A stretch of 38,653 nucleotides of DNA. Source: Octopus sinensis (lineage: Eukaryota). Shown here piece after piece: positions 13,852 to 25,028 of the stretch (position 1 is the first letter of the stretch; each line of letters opens with the position of its first letter). The stretch is taken from assembly GCF_006345805.1 (NCBI RefSeq), contig NW_021828063.1, positions 1 to 38,653 on the forward strand, written 5' to 3'. Made by a program: the position numbers and the translations under genes. The notes below the pieces were generated by a model, which did no database searches, was not told where the DNA came from, and was given only the letters and a program-made list of their open reading frames with translations.

Positions 13852-13970
13852 GGAAGATGATGATGATGAGGATGATGATGATGATGAGGATGATGATGAT
13901 GATGAGAATGATAATGATGATGATGATGATGATGATGATGATAATGATGATGATGATGATGATGATGATA

Positions 13971-14009
<39 letters not shown>
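8625..14009. repeat. Intronic (GAT/GAG)n array 2, ~5.4 kb, with kb-scale higher-order repeats
   Basis: Seen directly. Marker motifs GCAGGAGGAT, GATATTATTATGATGATGGT, TAAAGCTGCTGCT and GAGGATTATGAGGATGGAA recur in order. Confidence 0.97.
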
Positions 14010-14015
14010 ATCTTC

Positions 14016-14076
14016 TTTCTTATTACTTTTGAAGAAAATAAATTGTGTTATTTTAGTTACGACTCTTTACGTTCAG
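14016..14076 (+). repeat. 61-bp direct repeat, right copy
   Basis: 59/61 identical to 8514-8574. Confidence 0.92.
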
Positions 14077-14200
14077 AGTTCAAATCCTGCCAAGGTCAAC
14101 TTCTCCTTCCATCTTTGCAAGATTGATAAAATACAATACCAGTCATGTACTGGGGTTCATATGATTACCTGTAGCCCTTCTTTCCTTCCTAAATTTCATG
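14060..14200 (+). mobile_element. Diverged SINE-like fragment
   Basis: GACTCTTTACGTTCAGAGTTCAAATCC (B-box-like) followed by GATAAAATACAATACCAGTCATGTACTGGGG, a recognisable cephalopod SINE body; a related fragment lies at ~8400-8475. Confidence 0.5.
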
Positions 14201-14469
14201 TTTATATAAGCTGTCAGAATTCTTAGCAGTATTTTCCTGTCTTTACATTTCTGGGTTTACTCAGGTGTGTATATATCATTGTTCTACTGTGTAGAGTGTG
14301 TATTGAATAAATATATGTGTGTGTGTGAGTATGTGTGTAATAATTGCTGTAATTAAGTTATTGTGACCTAATTACATTTGTTTTCTTTAATGACCTAATA
14401 ACTATTATCTCAAGCTGTGTGATGTTTGCTTTTTTTTCATGTTTTTCTTTCCTCATCCATTACTTTCAG

Positions 14470-14506
14470 GCAAGAGTACCAAGTGGTGTGTCTATTGCTG
14501 AAGCAG
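14470..14506 (+). CDS. Ankyrin micro-exon D (G-QEYQVVCLLLKQ), 37 nt
   Basis: Long pyrimidine tract plus TTTCAG at 14469; GTTAGT donor at 14507. Phase 2 to 0 bridges exons C and E exactly and completes an ankyrin helix. Confidence 0.85.
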
Positions 14507-14791
14507 GTTAGTTAATAAATACATATTATATACACTCTCCAGTATTATATTGATCTGTATAATATAAATATTACCAATGTACCAGTAAAATAATGGAAAT
14601 AGATTTAATCACATGTACTACAAAACCCTTGTGTTTGTGGAGGAATTGTATATTGATCATGTTGATATTAGCGGTGTTGACAGTCCAACTGACCACCACC
14701 ACTGATAATATTCTTTAATGGTCAAATGAAACAAGGTCATTATGAGATGAACCAAAATATAACAGATATCATGTATATATATATATATATA

Positions 14792-14833
<42 letters not shown>

Positions 14834-15176
14834 TTGTTTTAGACATTTGCCTGCGTCCATGCTGGGGCATCATCGAATTTTTAGCCAAATACATCGATCC
14901 CAGTACTTTTTTTTTATTTTAAGCATATCACTTATCCTCTCAGCCTCTTTGCTGAACCACTACACACACACGCACACACACACCCACACACACACACCCA
15001 TGCACACATACATAGGCACACACATAGACACATACATAGGCACACACATAGATTTTGTTCAGCCCAAGGCACGAGTAGAATATACTTTCCTGAGTTTCCA
15101 TGCAGAGTGATTCAACGTAGAACCGTGTATGGTTGGGAAAAAAGCTCCTTTCACTACAACCATATATGGATGTGTC

Positions 15177-15202
15177 TATCTATTTCTTTCTATCTATCTA
15201 TA

Positions 15203-15245
<43 letters not shown>

Positions 15246-15338
15246 ATATATATATCTATCTATCTATCTATATGTCTGTCTGTCTGTCTCTCTCTCTATC
15301 TCTCTCTCTGTCTATCTATCTATCTATCTATCTATCTG

Positions 15339-15375
<37 letters not shown>

Positions 15376-15500
15376 ATATCTATCTATCTATCTATCTATC
15401 TGTCTGTCTGTCTGTCTGTCTAACTGTCTGTCTGATGTCTGTCTCTCTATATCTCTTCTTGTCTATGTATGTAAGTATGTATGTATCTATCTATCTGTCT
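15177..15500. repeat. (TCTA)n/(TCTG)n tetranucleotide microsatellite
   Basis: Seen directly. Confidence 0.93.
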
Positions 15501-15785
15501 GATAAATTCTTTTACATGTCTGCATTAGTGTATAGGTTATAAATCATGCAGTGCCATCGTACAATTTACAAAGTAAAACTGGTATAAATGACAAGCACCT
15601 CAGTTCATAGAATATTATGTTTACATCCATTCTTCAATGCAATATACATATACAAGAACAGAATTTTATTTTCAAAATGTTAATGTATGGAAGACAATAA
15701 TTTACAACAGTTTTTTATAGAAGAGAGAAGGAGATTTAGTAAGATATCAAAAAGGAATCAGTAAATACACATACATGCATATATA

Positions 15786-15822
<37 letters not shown>

Positions 15823-15843
15823 TTATACATTTATATGTATGTA

Positions 15844-16347
15844 TATTAAAAATTGGGGGTGGTTTATGGGATTACTCTGGGTTTCCCATTCATAAAGGTT
15901 TTAGCTTTGTACCGTTTCGTAAGACCCTGTTAGCCTAAGACCTCTTCAAAAGCCTGGGATTTACGTTTTGTGCAAACGATCCTTTTCAGCTCCCTGGCAA
16001 GAGATTATCCCAGTGACCATGTGGTTCCTGTTAAATATCTCACCATTGAAGTGTTTCTACATATTCACTGAAACCAGGAGTCTCCCATAAATATGAAAGA
16101 ATTTGACCTCGGATACTCCAGCAATAACATCCCCACGTCATCCAACGAACTATACACCCGTATGCAGCTGGAAAAGCTATTGGACGGGATTAGGCGTATG
16201 AGGTGAACGGCTTTTCCACCCTCCATATTTGGAAGAGGTCTTAGGCCAACAGGTTTTGGGGTCTAATGATACGCCCTGAAGCTAAATCCTTTTTGGACCG
16301 GAAACCAAGGGTAATCCCGGAAACCGGCCTTCCCCAGTTTTAAAATA
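15844..16347 (+). mobile_element. Penelope-like retroelement remnant: ORF N-terminus enclosed by ~110-bp inverted arms
   Basis: 16093-16215 reads MKEFDLGYSSNNIPTSSNELYTRMQLEKLLDGIRRMR*TAF, resembling the YSxKNIPxPS...IKRMRWKA start of PLE ORFs. 15844-15950 is an imperfect reverse complement of 16228-16347. Confidence 0.55.
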
Positions 16348-16511
16348 TACACTGCTCTGCATCTTAGAGTGTGCTTCTTCTCCGGATTTATCTTTTCTAC
16401 AATCAAAACATATATATACATAGATATGTCATTATTCAGTTTATTTCCAGATATTCTATTTTTCACTTTACGTCAACATCCGCTGGACAGCTAAACTATG
16501 CACAGTTTCTC

Positions 16512-16620
16512 TATGTATGTATGTATGTATGTATGTATGTATGTATGTATGTATGTATATGTGTGTATGTATGTATGTATGTATGTATGTATATCTGCAC
16601 ACACATACACACACACACAC
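16512..16620. repeat. (TATG)n plus (CA)n microsatellite
   Basis: Seen directly. Confidence 0.9.
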
Positions 16621-16709
16621 GTAGTGATATAATTGTCATTTAGTCTACCTCAGGAATTTCACGGTTTTTTGAGTTTTATTACAAATGGGGTATTGGGAAA
16701 TGGTGTATT

Positions 16710-16965
16710 GACCCATTTTGCATCGGACGCTTGTGGGTTGGATACTGTATAATCGGATGTGTTGCATCCTCCAGTGCAGATGCATCTCATCTGGTGTCTT
16801 GTTTTACAGAAGAAACCTCACTAAATATTCTCGGTTTCGCTTGGCATGTTGTTGCCAGGAGGTTGTTGGCTATAATGCTATAATCCAAGAACCTACTGAC
16901 AACAACAATATACAAAGCGACACCGAGAACTCTCCCACCCGCAAGGAATCGATGCAACACGGGTC
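16710..16965. mobile_element. Fold-back/palindromic MITE-like element
   Basis: The outer arms GACCCATTTTGCATCGG..CTTGTGGGT and ACCCGCAAGGAATCGATGCAACACGGGTC are complementary; an inner stem spans 16826-16931. Confidence 0.55.
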
Positions 16966-17092
16966 AAACCAATGGTTGTGATGGATAAAGTTTCTCGTGA
17001 ACTTCATTTTACATATTCCTCATTCAACATATATATTTATATATCCAACAGTAATGTATATAAATCTCTCCCTCTCTCTCTCTCTCTCTCAC

Positions 17093-17147
<55 letters not shown>

Positions 17148-17581
17148 TTGAGTGTGTCTCTGTGTATGTGTGTGTGCACGCACATTAATTTCATGGTGGT
17201 GGACACTAACCACCTCAACAGTTTTATGAACCTCTTATTAATTATAGCAACATCAAAAGTATACTTTAGAAATTTTAATTCTTCTTTACTAGTCTTGATC
17301 TGTTAATCATGTGTTCACTCGTGTTCAGCTCCCCTAAAACTTACTATAGTTAGGAAGAAAGGTAGATTAAGCTGAAACAATCTATTTAGGACATCTTTAT
17401 CCTGTCTAGAACACATTCTCATAGCAACATCTAGAGGATCTTACGAAGGTTGATTTTACGGACAAACATCAAATGTACATGATCAGTTTGATCAAGTATA
17501 CAGTAGAAGACAATAATGACACATTGATATCCATCCTGATTTTCATGTAAATTTTCATTTTCTATTTTTACTTCCACAAAG

Positions 17582-17791
17582 GGTTCTGTTCAGTTGGATA
17601 TTCAAAACAATCAGAAAAGGACACCATTGCTTGAAGCCGTTTCCCGGGGTCACCTCGGAATGACACACAAGCTTATAGCCCTGGGTGCAAACATAAATGC
17701 TGTTGATGGTGAAGGTAACAGCTGTTTGCACCTGGCCGTGGAAAGAGAAGTGTTTGATTCCGAGGATGCACCCTTGGATTTACTAAACGAA
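17582..17791 (+). CDS. Ankyrin exon E (GSVQLDIQNNQKRTPLLEAVSRGHLGMTHKLIALGANINAVDGEGNSCLHLAVEREVFDSEDAPLDLLNE)
   Basis: Acceptor ..CTTCCACAAAG at 17581; donor GTAAGT at 17792; 210 nt, phase 0-0. Aligns with MIB1 LLVHQGNANLDIQN..TALHLAVERQH. Confidence 0.92.
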
Positions 17792-17812
17792 GTAAGTTTT
17801 TAAATTGTTTGC

Positions 17813-17854
<42 letters not shown>

Positions 17855-18429
17855 TCGTGTGTCTCTGTGTGTCTGTGTGAATTTGTGTATTTGTGAGTCT
17901 TTGTGTGAGTGTGAGAAAGAGACAGACAAGCAGACAAACTTTGGTTGTCATGTATCAATTCTCCCCTATCAACCCCATCCTCCATTACCATTCCGTGATC
18001 CAGTCTCCCCTTGTGACCCGAGTGATATTATGTAACAAACAATATTCCATCTCCTTTCACTTTCGAAGATGTCGTCTCACCACGGTCGAGAGGTGACCCA
18101 TCTCGGTTGTTGGCCATATAAACACAGCCATCACAATGTGACGGAGAAGTGGCCTATTTAAAAGAGGAGATATTATTCTCAATTAACAATGATGCAGGAT
18201 AGAAGAGATGTCTGAGCTTTATAGTGCTGTTGCCATGGTAAATACATCCAGTCCATTCTATGAAGAATTCTGAGTGAAACTGCTCTCTATCCTACTTCTT
18301 GTACACGACATGAATCCACTGACTTCTTGTGGACATGTCATAACAATGTTCAATGTTAAAACACTAGAGAATGAATACAATAAAGCATGGTCCTTAGTGA
18401 GTTTTCCAGTATTTAAGTTATGTACTTAG

Positions 18430-18430
<1 letters not shown>

Positions 18431-18466
<36 letters not shown>

Positions 18467-18513
18467 CACACTCACACACACACAAACGCACACACTCACA
18501 CAGACAAACACAC
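18431..18513. repeat. (CA)n microsatellite; its left flank 18393-18430 has an inverted copy at 8587-8624
   Basis: Seen directly; 36/38 identity in reverse complement. Confidence 0.88.
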
Positions 18514-19419
18514 AGAAGTAATGATTTTGAGTTTGAGTATATATCTTGTAAAATGCTGTTTAAAGCCCGTTTACTGTATTCGGCTATCCGATGTCATCAA
18601 CAGTATGGACTTCAATACTACTGGACTTTTTGCTGTCATCTCATAAATGAAGCAGTTTTTTATAATTCTTATACTTTTCAAAATTAAGATAAACAAAGTA
18701 CTTTTTTCTGTTAATCTAAAACATATTCTCCTTCATTTTCTACAATGCCCTTCCATCTATCTGGTAGACTTGCAAGTCACCTCTTCCAAAATTCACTTGT
18801 CCGTAATTAAAAATACTCCTCCATTACTCTTCTGACTTGACACTAATTCCTGCTTCCTTTACTTTACCGTCATCATTCAAAGATGCTTCTTGCTTAATTA
18901 TGGAAACATTATTGATATGTTGGTTATGTCTGTGTGGTATTGACTTTGTTATGTTATAGGTGTTTTTGTTTCTGATATAACTTATGTTCTTTCTTCTCAT
19001 GTTGTGTTATATTTATATATACAATACTATTTCTTATGGCCACATGCTCGCCTTTATCAAGCCAATTATATAGGTTGGTTCTTGTTGGTTTGTTCTTCCT
19101 ATATTTGACTTTTCTATTGAATATATTGACAAGTAAATATTTACTCATTAATAAGCTTGATGTTAATCAATACAGTTTGTCCTGCTCAATGTAATGACAA
19201 TATATTTAGAGAGTGTCTCAGTGTTGAAAATAAAGTAAAAACATGAAAATGGGAAATGGACTCAATTAAAGAATATGTAGGAACTCAATACTTTGTAATT
19301 GCTTTAATTGGTGGATAAACAACCTATGAGTAAATTTAGATGAACTTTTGTGTAATTAGGGGCATTTGCTTTGAATATTTGTGTAATATTGTCATCATTT
19401 TATATTTCATCATTTGTAG

Positions 19420-19595
19420 TGCTGCACTTCCCTTAACCTGAAAATAGAAGAAAGGCTCTCTGGTATAGTGGTTGCGAGATATCTCGCCAGCCAAGGAGCG
19501 GACTTTCACCATAAAAACAACAAAAATAACACACCATTGGACCTCATTAAGGACCCAAATTTGAGAAAAAAATTAGAAGCATTTTTACCACCACA
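19420..19595 (+). CDS. Terminal ankyrin exon F (CCTSLNLKIEERLSGIVVARYLASQGADFHHKNNKNNTPLDLIKDPNLRKKLEAFLPPQ)
   Basis: CATTTGTAG acceptor at 19419; GTAAGT donor at 19596; phase 0 to 2. The GAD...TPLDL..DPNL motif is typical of Mind bomb. Not represented in the ORF track. Confidence 0.92.
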
Positions 19596-20307
19596 GTAAG
19601 TATTTCCTGGCAATGGAACAGATAAACCAGTACATTTTCTATTTTGTATATAATCATGTTTATATGTTTATTTCGTTTTAATTCTACCAATACATTATAC
19701 TGTCGCTAGTGTTTTTGTCAAAGGCCACACAATAAACAATATGCAGTTGTCAGGAGATCAAAGAAAGAACACGATTTTGATTACATTCCCATGATTCGTA
19801 GTGTTGACATTTATACTTCACTGTCCATCACCACCTACCCCTCTTCGTTCCCTATTTTAAAGATTTGTGATCAATAGGAAAATATAGATCTAAATAATGA
19901 AGTGAATGAATTCCATTTTGAGACTGTTACTTAGAATTAAGTGGAATTTATCTGTCTACCAACATCTTTTTCTCACTCTTCTAAGTCCGAATCAGTCAAT
20001 ATTACGAATGATTTCATAGAAAAATAACCTACAAACACACACCAACTGTGTATATATTATATTTCTGCAAATACTGATGGAATATTGCCACATATCTTCA
20101 TAGAAAAAAAACTGCCAGGAAACGTAAATAATTCAAGTAACACATATACCATTACTAGGTGTTTTAGTCGCCTTTCACTCCCGTATTTTATAAGATTTGG
20201 CAATTTCTCTGCCATACATCTCTATGTATTTGCTACTTAAGAAGCAGACACATTTGCCCCTCGGTGAATATACAAAACTTTCTTTGTCTGTTGAAATTTA
20301 AATATCA

Positions 20308-20506
20308 CTCTTTTACTTGTTTCAGTCATTTGACTGCGGCCATGCTGGAGCACTGCCTTTAGTCGAAAAATTCGACCCCAGATCTTATTCTGTGTAAGCC
20401 TAGTACTTATTTGCTGAAACGCTAGATTACGGGAACGTAAACACACCAACATTGGTTGTGAAGCGATGGTGGAGGGACAAACACAGACAGACAAATATAC
20501 ACACCA

Positions 20507-20538
<32 letters not shown>

Positions 20539-20703
20539 GCGATGGGCTTCTTTCAGTTTCCCTCTACCAAATCCACTCAAAAAGCATTGGTCAGTCCGAA
20601 GCTATAGTAGAAGTCACTTGCCGAAAGTGCCACGCAGTGGGACTGAACCCAGAACCATGTGGTTGGTAAGCAAGCTACTTACCACACATCTACTCCTGCG
20701 CCT
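20308..20703 (-). mobile_element. tRNA-derived SINE, antisense to the gene
   Basis: Reverse complement of the 6891-7290 family (GGGACTGAACCC = B box; CTCTTTTAC = tail). Confidence 0.88.
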
Positions 20704-22399
20704 ATTGTTCAGAGATATTGATTTTTGGACTGTATAAATATTGATCTGTTTTCTTCAATTGACAAGCCTCAGAAGATTTTCTCTACTTTTACAAATGATC
20801 GTTTATGTGAATGTTGTAATAATAATATAATGTCTATAGAGCGCAGCTGAAGTTACTGGAAAGGGGCAAATAGGGGACAGAAAACTGCAATTAGTCAAAG
20901 AAAGGCAGCAATGGAAGCTAGAAGTAGATGCACGATACATATAATAAACAACCCGAAAGGAGGGAAACAGTAAAAGAGTTATATCAAAGAAAGAAGACAT
21001 AGGTACATCAGGAAGAGTGTTAGGGAATTTCAGGAAATATGGAAGTTTTGAAGAATGCAGTGTCCTGATATCTAACAAGAGATATCAGTTTATTTCATGC
21101 TTCAAAAATTCTGAACAGCGAAAAATATTTCTGAAAGTCATGGGTGCTGCACTGCTTTTCTCTTTGTTATAAGCATGTCTGCTGGTGTTAGAGAAATTGC
21201 TTTCAAAACGATTACCAAAGTTGTCGTTGGGAAGATGGTGGATATTCTTGTGGGATTCCACTGAGTCAGCTGTTAGACATCCAAATTTTAATGTACTCAG
21301 ATGATACCGAGAGAAACAATACATTCAAGATATGGTGAGTGACAGAGTGTATTTGCCTAGTTGTACGTAATATTCTAGACAGGTTGGGGTTCCAGATTGG
21401 AGGTGAATACCGTAAGTTTGGACATACCATTTTCCATACGTAACTTTAAACAGACAACTTGACAAAGTGCAAGACAAAGCGTTTTCAGAGAGATGCTAAG
21501 ATACTTTCGATCTTTTTGATGACTTTAGGAATGGGAATCATCCGTCAAATGTCCTTCTTGACATTAATCCCGAGGTCCAGTTCACCAGTAGACTTCTGAA
21601 GTTGGGTGTTGTGGAGGAAATTGGTAAATTCTGAGTTTACCTTCCATAATGTATAGTGGTGCACCTATCTACAACTAGCTTGATTTAGACAGCACCTTGC
21701 TGCAAAATGTCCAGATGAGGCTGAAGCAATGATCTGTAGCGTAGAGTAACCTGCTTCAGTTTGGCATCAATTAAATTAATACATTTCCAGAAACAACAAT
21801 GGACTAAAACAGATCCTACCAATCTTCAGGTGTGATTCTATAGTATCATTACACTGTGACTACTTCTTGTTAAGCAAGAATGAACGACATCAGAGATTTA
21901 AGTAAATTAATCCTCACCCAAAAATCAGACAGCTTCAACATAATTCGTTTGTGTGGCAGAGAATTAAAGGCTTTGGTGAAGTCGAGGTAAATAACATCTA
22001 CCCAAAAGCCACAATATGTTATTTAGGTGATTGTCTTGAAGAAATTCTGTGAGTTGGCTACAGCAGCTAGAATTAGGGATAAATCCAAATTGTGAGGATG
22101 GAATAAGGTTATGTGAATTCCAGATTCTTCAAAGTATCTCTCTCTGTCACAGAACACCATAAATTTGATGAGTTAGCTAATGAAAATGATTGGACAATAA
22201 TTGGTAGTTATTAAGGGGTCACCTTTTTTATACCCTTCTTGGATAAGGAAATGACAGTGGCAATTTTCCATAGTTTTGTAGTCAGCCAAATTAGAAGAGG
22301 AGAAAAATTTAATGTAGTAGAAAAGAAGATGTCACATTTAAGGAACAAATATACGACGCCATCAATAAAGGGGAAGCATCGTGACACATCGTGACACAT

Positions 22400-24143
22400 A
22401 ATCAACAGGTGTATCGATTGAGGACCCTTATCAGCAGAGTTAGTTATTTGCCGAGGCTTTTTCGACAATTTTCAAACAAGATGATGGTCGTGAACCCCCT
22501 CCATTTGATAGATCGGTACCTCCAATGCCTAGATTGGTCATCACTCGGGATGAAGTCGAACGCGTTATTCAAGGCCTCGATATCAACAAGGGTCACGGCC
22601 CTGATGGCATACACCCACAGGGTATCAAAGTGTTGGATCCGGTCATCTGCCAACCTTTAACACTTCTATTCAATATGTCATTAGCGACGGGTGTTGTACC
22701 TGCGGACTAGAGAACAGCGATAATCTGCCCTATTTTCAAGAAAGGGTGCCGCAAAGACCCACTTAACTACCAACCGGTTTCCCTTACTTCAATATTCAGC
22801 AAGATGTTCGAAACCATCCTTAAGAAAAGTATGTTGCTCCACCTCCAAAACACAGCCTCTATCTCTGATTCCCAACACGGCTTCGTGCTGAAGAGATCAT
22901 GCTTGACCAGCTTACTGGTAATGGAAGAATTGGTGGCGCGTATCCTGGATGATGGTGATGCTGTTGACATCGTTTTATTGGACTTTGCCAATGCTTTTGA
23001 CTCGGTTAACCACCGCCTATTACTTGTCAAGCTTCAAGCATATAGTTTCCATCCGGATATTGTACGATGGGTTGGTGCCTTCCTCTCAGATCGCTCCTTC
23101 CAAGTCCAAGTTAATGGTTCGCGGTCCGACATCTCCAGTGCGAGCAGTGGCGTGCCTGAAGGTTCAGTGCTTGGGCCGTTATTGTTTTTAGTCTCCATAA
23201 ATGACTTGCCCGACGACCTCACGCAACACACCCTTCTATTTGCCGACGATGTCAAACTGGTTGCTCCTCGCAGTGATATAGAGGATCTTCGTCGATGCCT
23301 CCACCAAGTTCGGAGGTGGTCAAACAAACGGGACCTGTGTCTGAATGTGTCAAAGTGCTGTCATCTGCCTGTTGGCTCTCCTCCTGCAACTCAACTTGAT
23401 TTCGAGCCGGGTCGTCTGCTGCTGGAGAGGACCGATCAGGTAAAGGACCTGGGTATCTTGGTACATTCCTCCTTTTCGCCTTCGGCCCAGTGCGGCCATG
23501 CTGCCGCCAAATCACGCGGAGTTCTGTTCTTGATTCGACAGTCATTCTGAATGCTCACAGCAGCCATATTCCTACCGCTCTACGTCACGCCGGTGAGACC
23601 CATATTGGAGTACGGGATTCAAGCCTCTTCTCCTTATCTCCTCAAAGACATACATAATCTCGAAAGAGTCCAGAAGCTGGCTACCCGCATGGTTCTTGGT
23701 CTTAAGCATTTGTCTTATGAAGAAAGGCTGAAGACGCTCGACCTTTATTCTCTAGAAAAACGACGACGCCGTGGTGATCTCATTCTTGCTCACAACATCA
23801 TAAGCAGAAAGTGTAACCTCTCGAAAGAGCTGTTCTTTACTCCTGCTCGAGAGCGTCGGCTGCGGGGTCATTCCGAAAAGCTCTATCTATGACAATTTCA
23901 TCTCAATCGAAGGAGAGGGGCTTTCTCCGTCCGGGTTGCGGGTCCGTGGAATAAGCTGCCGGACGACATAGTGAAGATGTCGACGACCGGTCAGTTCAAA
24001 GTCTCCCTTGACCAGAAATGGTCTGAACTCTTTGTATGACCACCCTCTCTGTACATAACTCCCTGTCCTCCTACATAACCTTGCTTTTGCTTTTTGAGCC
24101 AATAAAAAAATGAATTGAAAAAAAATATTGAATTGAATTGAAT
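22400..24143 (+). mobile_element. 5'-truncated CR1-clade LINE (ORF2 reverse transcriptase part), inactivated by nonsense mutations
   Basis: One frame from ~22402 to 24039 carries KGHGPDGIHP, PIFKKG..NYQPVSLTS, QHGF, LDFANAFDSV, SGVPEGSVLGPLLF, LFADD, KDLG, LERVQ, RRRRGDLI and PWNKLP. Stops at 22441, 22708, 23548 and 23890. AATAAA at 24101 and a (TTGAA)n tail. Confidence 0.92.
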
Positions 24144-24169
24144 ATGTATATATATATACATATATGATA

Positions 24170-24345
24170 GATCGCTAGCCACTACACATTCTTTATTTTC
24201 TCTCCTTGTTTCCTTCTGTATTCCTTCCTGTTGAAGAGTGTAGGCTCGAAACTTTAAAGACTTTTTCACTTCCCGAGCGTTAAACTTATACATATGTTTG
24301 TTGTCTACACTACTTGTCTTCGTCTTGTTTTTTCTTTTCGTGAAT
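24170..24345. mobile_element. Interspersed repeat fragment, possibly Penelope-associated
   Basis: GATAGATCGCTAGCCACTACAC...GAAGAGTGTAGGCTCGAAAC...CCCGAGCGTTAAACT resembles a common octopus repeat (recognition only). Confidence 0.4.
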
Positions 24346-25028
24346 TCTCTCTCTCACTCTCTCTCTCTGTATATGTATATGTATATGTATATATATATAA
24401 GTAATACTCGTAGGCCACGCCAGCATGAATATCTGTTCCAATGGACTCCACTGCGAATTTTGAACCCCAAGAGAACAACTCCTCCAGTTGGTTAACAATG
24501 CGGAACTGCATCCGATAAATTGCGAGCAGGGGAGCGAACCCCTACCATCTTCTAGGGATGTGTCTAGCTGACCAGTACTAGTTTCGGTAATTTCTGCCAC
24601 TCTGCAGTGCTGGAAACCTCATCTGCTAATCTGTTGACGGGATGTATACAATACAGTATGTGTATATAAAGAAACCTGTGTAGATATATTTCTTCAGAAG
24701 AAATGAGTTCGATGTTAGAAGTGAAATATATTTCTGGAATATATGTAGTTCACTGTGTGTCAACCAAATTTCTATGATGTGTCAGGGTCAAGACAAACAT
24801 TTATCAATGTATGTATGCATGTGTATGTATGTATGTGGTGTGTGTGTGTGAGCATGCCATTTAACTACACAAATATCTGTATGTATGTAATTGTTTAAAG
24901 AAGAGTTTCTGCTGTACTCTTGGTAGTTACTGATGTATCTTATAATATTCTCTATTCCGAACATGTAAATAATGTAATATTTGTTATAAATGAATGTTAT
25001 TGATTGGATGTTTCTGTTTTGTCCACAG

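Noticed and set aside
8588-14126. ORFs up to 928 aa in GAT array 2
   Set aside because: Same artefact; the alternating D-rich and M-rich blocks merely reflect register shifts in the repeat.
17594-17803. Exon E starting at the CAG acceptor at 17593 (ORF-track start)
   Set aside because: The upstream AAAG|GGT site at 17581 keeps the ankyrin spacing (LLLKQ-GSVQLDIQN, matching LLLGH-NGIDANVVD), so it was preferred.
14657-18096. Numerous ORFs rich in YI, CV, HT and LSIY dipeptides
   Set aside because: These are translations of TA, TG, CA and TCTA microsatellites.
20803-22300. Short ORFs and non-repetitive intron sequence
   Set aside because: No recognisable motif or exon-phase fit; exons F and G join directly in phase 2.
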